Assembly: GCA_963701095.1 (NCBI GenBank)
Contig: OY969564.1
Span: 480,001 to 544,000 of the forward strand
DNA length: 64,000 bases
Source of the DNA: an uncultured Methanoregulaceae archaeon
GTDB lineage: Archaea > Halobacteriota > Methanomicrobia > Methanomicrobiales > Methanospirillaceae
Direction: 5' to 3'
Part shown: one piece after another, positions 1 to 8,878 of the stretch
How the letters are laid out: every line of letters begins with the position of its first letter
How positions within the stretch are numbered: the first letter of the stretch is position 1
The notes under the pieces: generated by a model
The model's input: the letters and a program-made list of their open reading frames with translations, nothing else
The model's database searches: none
Told to the model about the DNA's origin: nothing
Made by a program: the position numbers and the translations under genes

Positions 1-570
1 GATACCATTTTTGTCTCCGGATCCGGGGGATCTTCGATCTATGGGTGTATCTCGGATAGAATCTCCAAGGACCTAGAATTTCATCGTCCTATTACTCTCG
101 CATGGCAATCGAAAGATCGCTATCTGGGAATGGCACATAAAATTATCCTCCGGGACTTAATGAAAACATTTTCCCTTATTTCCGAAGATTTTTCCTCTGG
201 ATTTCTGAAAGAAAAGATCGAAAAAAAGTTCAATGAGTTATCAGCAAACCTTAAGGATTCTAAGGAGCGGGATTTGAGAGAAGATCTCGAATATTGGAGC
301 GGCTTGCAGAATTCCGCAAAAAATCTTCTGGTATTCTCTAGAAATTTATTTGCCACGACGCCGTCTTTTATCGATCTTCTCGCAAATTACCGGTCAGATA
401 CAACTATTAAAATATGGGAAAATGCATTAGATACTCAAGAGGTTCATGAATATGGTTATATGTACCAGATTCGTAGCGATATCAATTATCCCGGAATTTT
501 CTTTCCGGAGATAGATCCGGCCTCGTTTCCTGAACTGTATACAGCAATAGATAATGTTGGAGTTAACTGA
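1..570 (+). CDS. 5'-truncated hypothetical protein, upstream member of the glycan-modification operon
   Basis: Frame 1 is open from base 1 (DTIFVSGSGGSSIYG...) into ORF 130..570; its TGA overlaps the next ATG (TGATG). Confidence 0.7.
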   Translation, partial: DTIFVSGSGGSSIYGCISDRISKDLEFHRPITLAWQSKDRYLGMAHKIILRDLMKTFSLISEDFSSGFLKEKIEKKFNELSANLKDSKERDLREDLEYWSGLQNSAKNLLVFSRNLFATTPSFIDLLANYRSDTTIKIWENALDTQEVHEYGYMYQIRSDINYPGIFFPEIDPASFPELYTAIDNVGVN

Positions 571-1193
571 TGACAACAAAGGTTCTGGTTATCAGCCCCC
601 ACACCGATGATGGTGAACTAGGGTGTGGAGGTTCTATAGCAAAATTCATTGAAGAAGGGTATGAAGTGACGTACGTCGCTCTTTCTTGCTGTGAAAAATC
701 TATCCCTCCCCAGTATCCGAAAGATATTCTTTCTCGAGAAGTAAAATCTGCGACCAAGATCCTTGGAATAACTGATCTGGTATTATTCAGTTTTGAGGTT
801 CGGGAATTTCCAAGGTTGCGTCAGGAAATCCTCGACACGTTAATCCGGCTGCGGAATAAAATCCAGCCCGACATGGTTTTTACTCCATCGAGAAATGACA
901 CTCACCAGGATCATAAGATCACGGTCGAAGAAACGATGAGAGCTTTCAAGAAATGTACCCTTCTCGGATATGAACAGCCTTGGAACAATATCACGTTCAA
1001 TACCTTGGCATTTATCCCACTTACGGAGAACTACATTCAGAAAAAAATAGATGCACTTTCATGTTATGAGACGCAGAAAGGAAAGGCCTATCTCAATCAT
1101 GAGTTCGTACGGGGTCTTGCCCTGACACGAGGTACACAGATTGAAGAAAAATATGCGGAAGCGTTCGAAGTGATCAAATGGGTTATTCATTAG
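570..1193 (+). CDS. PIG-L/LmbE family N-acetylhexosamine deacetylase
   Basis: Motifs SPHTDDGELGCGG and DTHQDH; C-terminal YAEAFE. Confidence 0.92.
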   Translation: MTTKVLVISPHTDDGELGCGGSIAKFIEEGYEVTYVALSCCEKSIPPQYPKDILSREVKSATKILGITDLVLFSFEVREFPRLRQEILDTLIRLRNKIQPDMVFTPSRNDTHQDHKITVEETMRAFKKCTLLGYEQPWNNITFNTLAFIPLTENYIQKKIDALSCYETQKGKAYLNHEFVRGLALTRGTQIEEKYAEAFEVIKWVIH

Positions 1194-1202
1194 GGCGAGA
1201 AT

Positions 1203-2294
1203 ATGCGTATTTTATTTGATATGGGACATCCGGCACATGTTCATTTTTTTAAAAATACTATCATAAATTTAAAAAAAGATGGACATGAAGTGAAAATTAC
1301 AGCACGGAATAAAGAGGTTACCCTTGCTTTGTTAAAAGCGTATGGTTTTGATTATGAAAACAGAGGGGAAATGTACACCGGAATGCTTACTAAAGCATTT
1401 GGGATGATTAAAATTGACCTGAAATTACTTAATATTGCCAGAAAATTTAAACCTGACATCCTTGTTGGCGTTCATAACCCCTATGTGGCACATGTCGGGA
1501 CGGTTCTCAGAAAACCTGTAATTATTTTTACGGATACTGAAAATGTAAAGATTGCCAGTTATCTTACATATCCGTTTGTTCAGGCAATTGTAACACCTGT
1601 TTTTTTCAAAGAACCGATAAATCTCAAGAAACACGTAATGATCCATGGAATAAAAGAAATAGCCTATCTTCACCCGAAATATTTTACTCCGGATCCCAAG
1701 GTACTTGAAGATCTTGGATTATTGCCCGGGGAAAAATTTATCATTTTGAGGTTTATCTCATGGGGGGCCTCTCATGATACAGATCTGCATGGTATACGGA
1801 AAGGTTCTGAAAAGGAATTAATCCAGAAGCTGGCCCCCTATGGAAAAATCTTTATTACCTCTGAAAAACCTCTTGTCGGTGACCTCGATAAATACCGAGT
1901 GAATTTATCGCCGGAAAAAATTCATTCCCTCCTATATTATGCTCATATGTACATAGGAGAAGGGGGAACCATGGCGGCAGAGGGTGGAATATTAGGAACA
2001 CCGGCAATTCACATAGAGTCCAATTCAGCCGGCATAGCCACCGGAGAAACTTGTGGTAATTTTCTCATGCTCAGAGATATCTACGATCTGATTTATTTTT
2101 ACCCCACACAGGAAATGGCGTTAAATAAGGCTGTCGAGATTCTAAATAGACCCCATGCAAAGGAAGATTGGAGGAAAAAACAAGAAAAACTCTGGTCAGA
2201 TATGATCGATGTTACTTCATGGTTAACTGATTTCATCGAACGATATCCAGACAGTCTCCGAGGAAATAAAAATAAGAATTCCGATCTACAATGA
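1203..2294 (+). CDS. DUF354 family protein (GT-B fold, putative glycosyltransferase)
   Basis: ILFDMGHPAHVHFFK N-terminus, WGASHD, EGGTMAAEGGILGTPAI. Confidence 0.85.
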   Translation: MRILFDMGHPAHVHFFKNTIINLKKDGHEVKITARNKEVTLALLKAYGFDYENRGEMYTGMLTKAFGMIKIDLKLLNIARKFKPDILVGVHNPYVAHVGTVLRKPVIIFTDTENVKIASYLTYPFVQAIVTPVFFKEPINLKKHVMIHGIKEIAYLHPKYFTPDPKVLEDLGLLPGEKFIILRFISWGASHDTDLHGIRKGSEKELIQKLAPYGKIFITSEKPLVGDLDKYRVNLSPEKIHSLLYYAHMYIGEGGTMAAEGGILGTPAIHIESNSAGIATGETCGNFLMLRDIYDLIYFYPTQEMALNKAVEILNRPHAKEDWRKKQEKLWSDMIDVTSWLTDFIERYPDSLRGNKNKNSDLQ

Positions 2295-3919
2295 TATCCT
2301 TATATCATCAAACCTTGGATAAGTTCGGTCTGTACGGAATAAACCATTTTATAGAAAAATTCGGAATTCCTATAGCAATCAACGAATCTTCGCAATCAGG
2401 TATTATTATTTCCTATGGTTGCCCTGTCCGGGGTAATTTTGTAATCAGTATTGATCGAAATGAGATCCAGAATGCAATTTGCGGACAGGTTACTACACCT
2501 TTGGAAAAGGTTTCCATTTGTGAAATTCCCCATAATTCCGGCTTCGGTGATGAAGTAATTGCAAACTTTGAAAACGGTATTCAAAAATATCCATGCGTTG
2601 TTAGAAAAAAAAATAGTATTTCCATTGGTATCGATATATTCGAAGAAACCGGTTATATCCTATCAGGTCATCTTGACGCAATCCAATCTTCACATGACCA
2701 ATCTATAAAAACCGAAATTGCTACTCAGCCATCTGTAGATTTTCTCGAAAACATCCTGTTCGAGGCAATACTTTCAGGGTGTCAATACCAGAAAATTCCT
2801 TTGGTCCAGAAATCATACTGGCCTGAAGGAAAGACGTTTGCAGTCTGTCTGACCCATGATGTTGATGAGATAAAAAAGACATATCAGTGGATCAGTCGGC
2901 CCCTGAAATTTATTTTGAGAAAGAATTTAACTGGATTGGAAGGTCAGATCAAATCATTTGCCCAAAAATTCAGAGGAATCGAACCATATTATACCTATGA
3001 GGATATCATAAAAATTGAACGTGAACTGAGCGCAAAATCTACCTATTTTATTCTTAAGGAAAGCGGAAAAGTAAATCCATTTTTCATAAAAACATGGTAC
3101 CTGTACGGAAGAAATCGAAGCCTGCAGAGTTCTAAAATGCAGGCTCTCATCCGGAAATTGCTTGAAAACGGGGATGAGGTAGCAATCCATGGATCCTATT
3201 TTTCTTTTAAGAATCCTCGTTTACTCCAAGAGGAAGTTCAAGAACTCGAACAATTGATCAATGAAAAAATACTCGGTACCCGTCAACATAATCTTAATCT
3301 TGAGATCCCCACGACATGGCACTATCAGATAGATGCAGGTTTGAAGTATGACACTACGTTGGGATTTAAAGATCGTATCGGTTTCCGGTGGGGGACATCG
3401 TTTCCATTTTACCCAAATTCTAGGGGAGAACCGATATCTATGCTTGAAATCCCCACCATAATTATGGACATCTGTCTTGAATCCAGCAACAATAAAGAAT
3501 CAGATTGTCTTCAACTCGCAGCAGAAGTTGAACGCTATCATGGTGTTCTTAATCTGTTGTGGCACCCCCCTATTTTCAACGAACTAGAATATCCGGAAGC
3601 ACGAAGTATCTATATAAAAATCAATACTCATTGCAAAACTAAAGAAGCCTGGATAACGAATGCGTGCAACATTTACAAATGGATTGCGTTGCGAAACCAG
3701 TTTTCTGTTAGCTATAACTTTGATCCCGTGAATAAAACGCTGAGAATTCATGTCGATCCTGAAATCGGTGAGCAGTTTCTAACGCTGTATCTCCCAAATC
3801 AAACAACTTGCCATATAGGGTCTAACAACGCTAAGATTATAAAAGCTGACGATAATTGTGTGTTCATCAAAATTAATCCATCGCCGGATGAGAAAGAAAT
3901 ATTTGTGGGACTAGTATGA
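2291..3919 (+). CDS. Polysaccharide deacetylase (CE4/NodB-like) with N- and C-terminal extensions
   Basis: CLTHDVD, EVAIHGS, GTRQHNL, YDTTLG, LLWHP motifs; ATGA overlaps at both ends. Confidence 0.85.
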   Translation: MISLYHQTLDKFGLYGINHFIEKFGIPIAINESSQSGIIISYGCPVRGNFVISIDRNEIQNAICGQVTTPLEKVSICEIPHNSGFGDEVIANFENGIQKYPCVVRKKNSISIGIDIFEETGYILSGHLDAIQSSHDQSIKTEIATQPSVDFLENILFEAILSGCQYQKIPLVQKSYWPEGKTFAVCLTHDVDEIKKTYQWISRPLKFILRKNLTGLEGQIKSFAQKFRGIEPYYTYEDIIKIERELSAKSTYFILKESGKVNPFFIKTWYLYGRNRSLQSSKMQALIRKLLENGDEVAIHGSYFSFKNPRLLQEEVQELEQLINEKILGTRQHNLNLEIPTTWHYQIDAGLKYDTTLGFKDRIGFRWGTSFPFYPNSRGEPISMLEIPTIIMDICLESSNNKESDCLQLAAEVERYHGVLNLLWHPPIFNELEYPEARSIYIKINTHCKTKEAWITNACNIYKWIALRNQFSVSYNFDPVNKTLRIHVDPEIGEQFLTLYLPNQTTCHIGSNNAKIIKADDNCVFIKINPSPDEKEIFVGLV

Positions 3920-4968
3920 CGATTGAACTTCGAGTTGCGCAAAACAACGATAAAGAAGAATGGGATTCGATGGTATCGCAATCCTCCCAGGGAACTTTAT
4001 TTCATCAGTGGGAGTGGTTGAAGATTGTTGAACGGAATTCCGGTTCACGGCTGTACCCCCTAATTGGTATGAACAAAGGGTCCCCTATAGGTTTAATCCC
4101 TCTTTTTCTCCAGAAAATAGGGCCGTTAAAAATGGTTTTTTCCCCTCCTCCCCATGTGGTGATATTTTATTTGGGTCCCATATTTCTGAAAACCGATTCC
4201 TTAAAGCAGGAAAAAATTGAATCCCAGTATCTCGAATTTCAGAAACAATTTGAAGACTTTATAAATACTGATTTACATGCCCAATATACGTTTATCTCGC
4301 TTCCGCCCGCCCTTCATGATCCTCGACCTTTCAAATGGTCCGGATATCATATCCAACTCAATTTTGATTACTCTACGGACCTTTCAATAGGTGCTGATTC
4401 CCTTTTTTCCTCCCTTGATAAAAGACAACGCCAAGATATTAAACGGGCAAAAGAGAGGAACATGACCTTTGAGATAGGTGGAGAAAACGAATATAAATAT
4501 ATTCTTGATTTGATGGATCTTCGTTACGCTCAACAGGGGAAAATCGTTAAAGTGCCCAGATCGTATTTTGTCGATCTATTCAAAGCATATAAAGACAATA
4601 TATTGGTCTCGACGGTTAAAGTCGACGAGGAAGTTGTAACAGGCACTATTCATCTGAAATATCGGGATTCGGTCTATAGCTGGGTTGGGAATCCAAAACC
4701 GATCAAATCCCTGTCTCCTTCACCAAATGATCTTCTCATTTGGGAAAGTATTCGTTATGCTACCGAGAATGGCTATCGTTATTACACAGCCTTAAGTGCA
4801 GCAGGCAATAAACGCCTTCATTTATATTATGCCGGCAAATGCAATCCGGCATTAAATATTCGATACACAGCCACAAAAAAATCAATTCCGGCTGATCTTG
4901 TTGAAAGAGGCTATCTTAATATACTACAACCGGTGCTTCAGAAGGTTCGTACGATGAGCCATAGCTGA
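3916..4968 (+). CDS. GNAT family N-acyltransferase, FemABX-like (paralog 1)
   Basis: EWDSMV..S.QGTLFHQWEWL start, SPNDLLIWESIRYA, tandem-GNAT length. Confidence 0.85.
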   Translation: MTIELRVAQNNDKEEWDSMVSQSSQGTLFHQWEWLKIVERNSGSRLYPLIGMNKGSPIGLIPLFLQKIGPLKMVFSPPPHVVIFYLGPIFLKTDSLKQEKIESQYLEFQKQFEDFINTDLHAQYTFISLPPALHDPRPFKWSGYHIQLNFDYSTDLSIGADSLFSSLDKRQRQDIKRAKERNMTFEIGGENEYKYILDLMDLRYAQQGKIVKVPRSYFVDLFKAYKDNILVSTVKVDEEVVTGTIHLKYRDSVYSWVGNPKPIKSLSPSPNDLLIWESIRYATENGYRYYTALSAAGNKRLHLYYAGKCNPALNIRYTATKKSIPADLVERGYLNILQPVLQKVRTMSHS

Positions 4969-5017
4969 ATTTTGGTGTCAAATGCCATGAGATTGAGTAA
5001 AATCATAATTGTTTATC

Positions 5018-6046
5018 ATGCCTGTGGAAATTAAAATAGCAAACGATGGTGATGCGAAAGAATGGGATGAGCTTGTCTCTCTCTCTGTTCAAGGTACCAT
5101 CTTTCATACATGGACATGGCTAAAAATCGTGGAAACGCATACCAAAATGAAGTTATTCCCTCTTATAGGGATGATGAATAATAAGCCAATTGGTATTTTT
5201 CCTTTGTTTTTTCAGAAAAAAGGGCCCATAAGGCTGGTTTTTTCACCACCTCCACAGACAGTTCAATTTTATCTTGGGCCTGTTATTTCTGAGTATCATA
5301 CAATGAAACAGGAAAAACGAGAGAAATTATTGCAGGATTTTCAAACATCTGTCGATACTTTTCTGAAGGACACCCTGAATCCCCAGTATATCAGCATCTC
5401 ACTCGGACCTAATTTTCAGGATCCTCGTTCATTTATCTGGGCCGGTTACAGCATCGACACACATTATGATTATACGATCGATCTTGACTGTCCGACAGAA
5501 ATTTTGTTCAATCGTCTTACAAGAAAGCAGCACCAGAATGTTCACCGTGCAAAAAAAAGAGGAATTTCTGTGGATTTAGGAGGAAAGCAGGAATACGAAG
5601 AAGTTCTCAATCTTCTGGAAATCCGGTATGCGGATCAGGGAAAAAATGATATACGCGCCCCTCGAGAATATTTGTCGGATGTTTACGATGCATATAAGGA
5701 CTTTATCAAAGTTTTTATTGCAACATCAAATGACGAAATTGTTTCGGGAACGATCGATATCCAATATAAGGATATACATTATAGTTGGATTGGAAACCCG
5801 AAACCACAAAAGCACATCAGTCCTTCACCCAACGATGTCATTATGTGTGAATCGATCCGTTTTGCACAGAAAACGGGCATGAAGTATTATGTAACAATGA
5901 ATGCAGCGGGGAATGAACGGTTGCATTCATATTATGCTTCAAAATTTGATCCAGACCTAAATGTTCATTTCTCTCTGAAAAAATCAACGGGTTTAATGAA
6001 TCTCATGGAAAAAGGGTATTCCGGCGTTTTTCGTTCACTATTGTGA
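5018..6046 (+). CDS. GNAT family N-acyltransferase, FemABX-like (paralog 2)
   Basis: Colinear with 3916..4968 (QGTIFH, FSPPP, SWIGNPKP, SPSPND, AAGN.RLH.YYA); ATG 5018 preferred to TTG 5009. Confidence 0.85.
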   Translation: MPVEIKIANDGDAKEWDELVSLSVQGTIFHTWTWLKIVETHTKMKLFPLIGMMNNKPIGIFPLFFQKKGPIRLVFSPPPQTVQFYLGPVISEYHTMKQEKREKLLQDFQTSVDTFLKDTLNPQYISISLGPNFQDPRSFIWAGYSIDTHYDYTIDLDCPTEILFNRLTRKQHQNVHRAKKRGISVDLGGKQEYEEVLNLLEIRYADQGKNDIRAPREYLSDVYDAYKDFIKVFIATSNDEIVSGTIDIQYKDIHYSWIGNPKPQKHISPSPNDVIMCESIRFAQKTGMKYYVTMNAAGNERLHSYYASKFDPDLNVHFSLKKSTGLMNLMEKGYSGVFRSLL

Positions 6047-6082
6047 GATTTCTTTCGGGTTAATAGTGGAAACATTCCCATA

Positions 6083-6985
6083 TTATTTTTCGGAATTTGG
6101 TGAAACGGTCTTCCTTTTTGCAAATGAAATGCCAATCTGGTGTGTAAAATAATAATACCAGAAGATAATCAACCAGAGAGTAAAACAAATCCATCCGATG
6201 TAGATATGCACCTGTTCCATGATTCCAACAGGGCCAAAGAAATACCCACTAAGTGCTATTAGCAGTATCCGTGCAAAATTGGCGCAAACCGTTCCCAGAT
6301 ATCCTATTCCGATAAGAATGGCACTTTTTTTCGAAATACTTTCAGGAAAACTTGCAAGAACTATTATAACCGAAACAGTGAAAGTACCCAACGACCAGAT
6401 ACCTGTGCAATCTGATATAATAGCGAGGGAAATTGGTGCACCTGTTTGGGACATGAACGATATGATATTACCATTGAAAGTGGATTGAATTCCTAAAAAA
6501 TTTAATAAATCCGTGGTAAATAAAACGATATACGGGATAATTGGCGCTGTTATCCAATCCTGGTTTCGAATAAAAAGGCCATATACTCCATAACCTACTA
6601 CTGCTATATAGGGGATAGAGACGGGAAGTACTAACGATCTGAAATTTAGCAGACCAAATAAAATGACTCCAATACCAGAGAGCACCAATATTAATTCTCC
6701 GATTGAAGTTGGGCTTTTTGCTATCCCCATAGGAATGCTGATTATACTTAAAAAACACATGAGAATTCCCACGGCAATAATAATTTTTTGTTGTCGCTGT
6801 GAAAAACTACTTGTGGTGTTTCTTGAAATATAAAGAATCCCGATGCAAGATAGAATCCATATCCCTAAAGCATCGATTTCCATATAGGTAGCTTTTTGAT
6901 AAAACAAAAGACATACTGCGAGTAAAACCAATGTAATAACTACCCAGATCTTTGAAACACTAAATGCATTATCGGGCAGCTTCAT
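6083..6985 (-). CDS. Exosortase/archaeosortase family protein (ArtC-like candidate)
   Basis: About 8 TM segments; Cys-Arg-His triad pattern SDCTGIWS...ANFARI...QVHIYIGW. Confidence 0.85.
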   Translation of the reverse strand: MKLPDNAFSVSKIWVVITLVLLAVCLLFYQKATYMEIDALGIWILSCIGILYISRNTTSSFSQRQQKIIIAVGILMCFLSIISIPMGIAKSPTSIGELILVLSGIGVILFGLLNFRSLVLPVSIPYIAVVGYGVYGLFIRNQDWITAPIIPYIVLFTTDLLNFLGIQSTFNGNIISFMSQTGAPISLAIISDCTGIWSLGTFTVSVIIVLASFPESISKKSAILIGIGYLGTVCANFARILLIALSGYFFGPVGIMEQVHIYIGWICFTLWLIIFWYYYFTHQIGISFAKRKTVSPNSEK

Positions 6986-7029
6986 TCAACAAATCCGTTT
7001 AGATAATAATAGCTAATCATAATTGAAAT

Positions 7030-7440
7030 TTATGATCCTACCCAGAAATGAACCTCTTCTTGTTCTTTTTTTGTCGTTAATATCAAACTGACTTTGGAAG
7101 GATACGTAATATTAAGCGGAAGGGATATCATGTCTCGTTCATTAAGGCTTTCTCCTTTATTTAAGGTGAATTTTTTTGTTTTTATAAGTGTACTATTAAG
7201 GTATTCACTAAGAACGTAGTCAATTGATCCTGATTCCGAAGATTGTACTCCATAGGTATAGAACACTGAATTATTATTGGAGTCATGAACTATACTATCG
7301 GGTATTATATAGAGGGAAGAATATGAATCCATATTAGTCCATAAGAAAAAAATCGTTGTCCCCAGTCCAATAATAACAGAAATAATAATCGCTACCATTA
7401 TTATCCCATATTTTTTGTTCAATCCGAACTGGCTTATCAT
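7030..7440 (-). CDS. Membrane-anchored protein resembling the DUF1616 C-terminal domain
   Basis: One N-terminal TM, YSSLYI motif, ends EEVHFWV. Confidence 0.55.
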   Translation of the reverse strand: MISQFGLNKKYGIIMVAIIISVIIGLGTTIFFLWTNMDSYSSLYIIPDSIVHDSNNNSVFYTYGVQSSESGSIDYVLSEYLNSTLIKTKKFTLNKGESLNERDMISLPLNITYPSKVSLILTTKKEQEEVHFWVGS

Positions 7441-7539
7441 ATATTTCTATATCGTATAGTGATGATAAATTATTAAATTTAGTGTTAGTACCCGAATCTT
7501 CAAAAAAAAAAATTGTTTATTTTAAAATTCTTTTCGTGA

Positions 7540-8667
7540 TTAAGGATAAAATTGATCTTGGATACCAGATTTTAGTTTTTGCCCTTCGCCCATTTCACTG
7601 ACAATTTTTTGTGTTCTTTCAACATACATTTTCAATATTGTAATATCCATTCCGATGATAAGAAATTCGCGGAAATTCTCCTTGATATCATATAATTCCT
7701 TGATCGTCCACGCAACCCAGGATTTCTCACCATTTTTCCGGATGACTTCAGTTTCCTTAAACATCATATGTTTCGCGGGAGAAAGGAATTCACGATTGAG
7801 TTCTGCCTGGTTTTTTGATGTATTTGAAGGAAGCGTAACGATTGTCCCGACAAAGTATTTTCCTACAATATCAGATTCTGAGAACCCGAAAAATTGTTCG
7901 GCAACCTCGCTGATGAAGGTGATTCGTCCTTCTCCATCAGTTCGCAGGATAAAACTGTTGGCGTTTTCCAGCAGATCTTTGTATTTCTTTTCGCTCTGTT
8001 CAAGAGCACTGATTGTGTTTTGGTGCCCTTTAATCTCTTCAAGTAGCCGCTCGTTTGTTGTTCTGAGTTCGCTGGTTCTTGCTTCAACAAGTTGTTCCAG
8101 ATGATCTTGGTATTGTTTAAGCTCCGTGAGGTCTTCAAGAATTATCACCAGTCCTTTCCCGCCGTGGTCAAAGACACTGGGTATAAATTTTATTCTGAAG
8201 AAACCGGGTTTTCCTCTATTATCGACACTATCAAGTTTGATCGATTCCTTACCATATGAGGATTCTTGGATCTGACGTAATGTTTGAGATGTAAAACAAG
8301 AAATTAAAGGGGATTGATCTATCCTTTTTCCTATCAGATCATTTCGGGCTATCCCAAAATGCTGAACGAGAGGTTCATTGACCTGGTTAATGACAAGTTC
8401 ATCGTCAAGCACTAGCATCAGGTCTGATGAAAGATTAAGCATCTGGGAGAAAGGGATACGTCTGGAAAGAGTGAACACTTTCGCTCGACCAAATATTTCC
8501 ATATCCGCTTGTCCGGAAATAAGAAGTGTATTGAGATATTTTGCCGTTGACGTTCGGTTAAGTGGAATCATTTTGGCAACATCTTCAATAGTCAATCCTC
8601 TGGGATGCTCCTTGAGTATTTCCCGGATCCGGGATATTTCTTTAGCCTGATCCAAAATCAAATCCAT
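7540..8667 (-). CDS. wHTH + two PAS domain one-component transcriptional regulator
   Basis: HPRGLTIEDVAK..LNRTSTAKYL HTH; PAS ending ILEDLTELK; coiled coil; second PAS ending GMDIT; no kinase domain; start 8667 or 8697. Confidence 0.8.
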   Translation of the reverse strand: MDLILDQAKEISRIREILKEHPRGLTIEDVAKMIPLNRTSTAKYLNTLLISGQADMEIFGRAKVFTLSRRIPFSQMLNLSSDLMLVLDDELVINQVNEPLVQHFGIARNDLIGKRIDQSPLISCFTSQTLRQIQESSYGKESIKLDSVDNRGKPGFFRIKFIPSVFDHGGKGLVIILEDLTELKQYQDHLEQLVEARTSELRTTNERLLEEIKGHQNTISALEQSEKKYKDLLENANSFILRTDGEGRITFISEVAEQFFGFSESDIVGKYFVGTIVTLPSNTSKNQAELNREFLSPAKHMMFKETEVIRKNGEKSWVAWTIKELYDIKENFREFLIIGMDITILKMYVERTQKIVSEMGEGQKLKSGIQDQFYP

Positions 8668-8715
8668 AATTGTTGCTACTTTATTAATGCAAATCATCTA
8701 TTAGTATCTTTCGTC

Positions 8716-8867
8716 ATTACATAGTACCAATGTAATTCAAAAGTATAATCCATTATACAACATAAGAGGATTTTTTTAGGTCAGATGATATCTCATTACA
8801 ATTTAGCATTGCAGTCATATTTTTATACTTTACAGTAATATCATACATTATTGTAATGCGTTACAAT
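8716..8867. promoter_or_regulatory. Candidate operator palindromes in a divergent promoter region
   Basis: ATTACAT-N7-ATGTAAT (8716-8736), ATTACA-N9-TGCAGT (8795-8815), ATTGTAA-N4-TTACAAT (8850-8867). Confidence 0.4.
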
Positions 8868-8878
8868 GGAGTAGCATT

